The notes beneath the pieces were generated by a model. The model made no database searches and was not told the DNA's origin. It saw only the letters and a list, made by a program, of their open reading frames with translations. The position numbers and the translations under genes are program-made. A stretch of 64,000 bases of DNA from Microbotryum violaceum (taxonomy: Eukaryota): assembly GCA_001244265.2 (NCBI GenBank), contig CDLV01000018.1, positions 434,001 through 498,000 on the forward strand, in the 5' to 3' direction. Positions 63,358 to 64,000 of this stretch are shown here, piece after piece (position 1 is the stretch's first letter; each line of letters begins with the position of its first letter).

Positions 63358-64000
63358 AGATTACACGCTCGTCAGTCTCTTATTCGCCGGACACGCTGAA
63401 AACTCACGGCTTCTCAGTCTGGTAGTCCTCGTTACAAGACGGAACAACGCAGCCGCCTATGCATGCCGTTTAGCTGTGACTAGTGAAGCTGAATTGGTCA
63501 TATGAATCCAGGTCCTACCAAGTAAAAAAACTTCGGGCCCGACTTTGCCATTGACGCCTGTCATCGCCGCACTGATCATCATCTCCCCCCCCCCCCCCCT
63601 CCTTCCTTCCTCCCTCCCCACACTCGCTTCGATCTATATCCACCATGAATGTTAGTCCGAGTAGCTATGCAGAACCCTCCACCTCATTTTGACTGAGACT
63701 GTCCTTGGTAACATACCAATTCATAAAGATTCAACGGCCCACGTATAAGCTTGAATAAGATTAGGAGCTGTCCTCCGCGTCCAGGGGCAACTGCTGAATG
63801 GTGCCTACGCAAATTGTTGAACAAATTCTCAACCTAAACATGATAGATCACAACCTCAGCCAACAAGTAGATATTACTCCACTTTCTCCGTTGATTATCA
63901 GTCCTTTCTTGAAAAGGCGACTCACCACCTGTTACAGGTGCTCATTTCGCAGTCGGGCATGATATGGACCGCACACTCGTAGCGACATTTTTTGTTCCTG

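Overview
Intron-rich, GC-rich fungal genomic DNA, most likely a basidiomycete of the Pucciniomycotina/Microbotryomycetes type (inferred from gene content and intron style). Recognisable genes are cytochrome c heme lyase, HNT1, pirin, an F-box/LRR protein, a NiCoT nickel transporter, an HCS1/IGHMBP2 helicase, an STE6-like ABC exporter, MSP1, CK2-beta and CWF19. Uncharacterised genes include a tandem pair of multi-TM paralogs, an FHA+RVxF protein with Ki-67-like architecture, a protein with PRAS40-like motifs and a large secreted S/T-rich protein. The mobile DNA is the most structured part. It includes two ~180 bp Helitron-type elements in inverted orientation and a LINE whose RT region is replaced by a perfect 105 bp-arm palindrome. 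An 8.3 kb element with ~137 bp TIRs and an 8 bp TSD sits just upstream of CWF19 and carries a nested copia retrotransposon and a LINE piece that joins in frame to the other LINE. Exon boundaries were read by eye, and single-base frameshifts may be sequencing errors.
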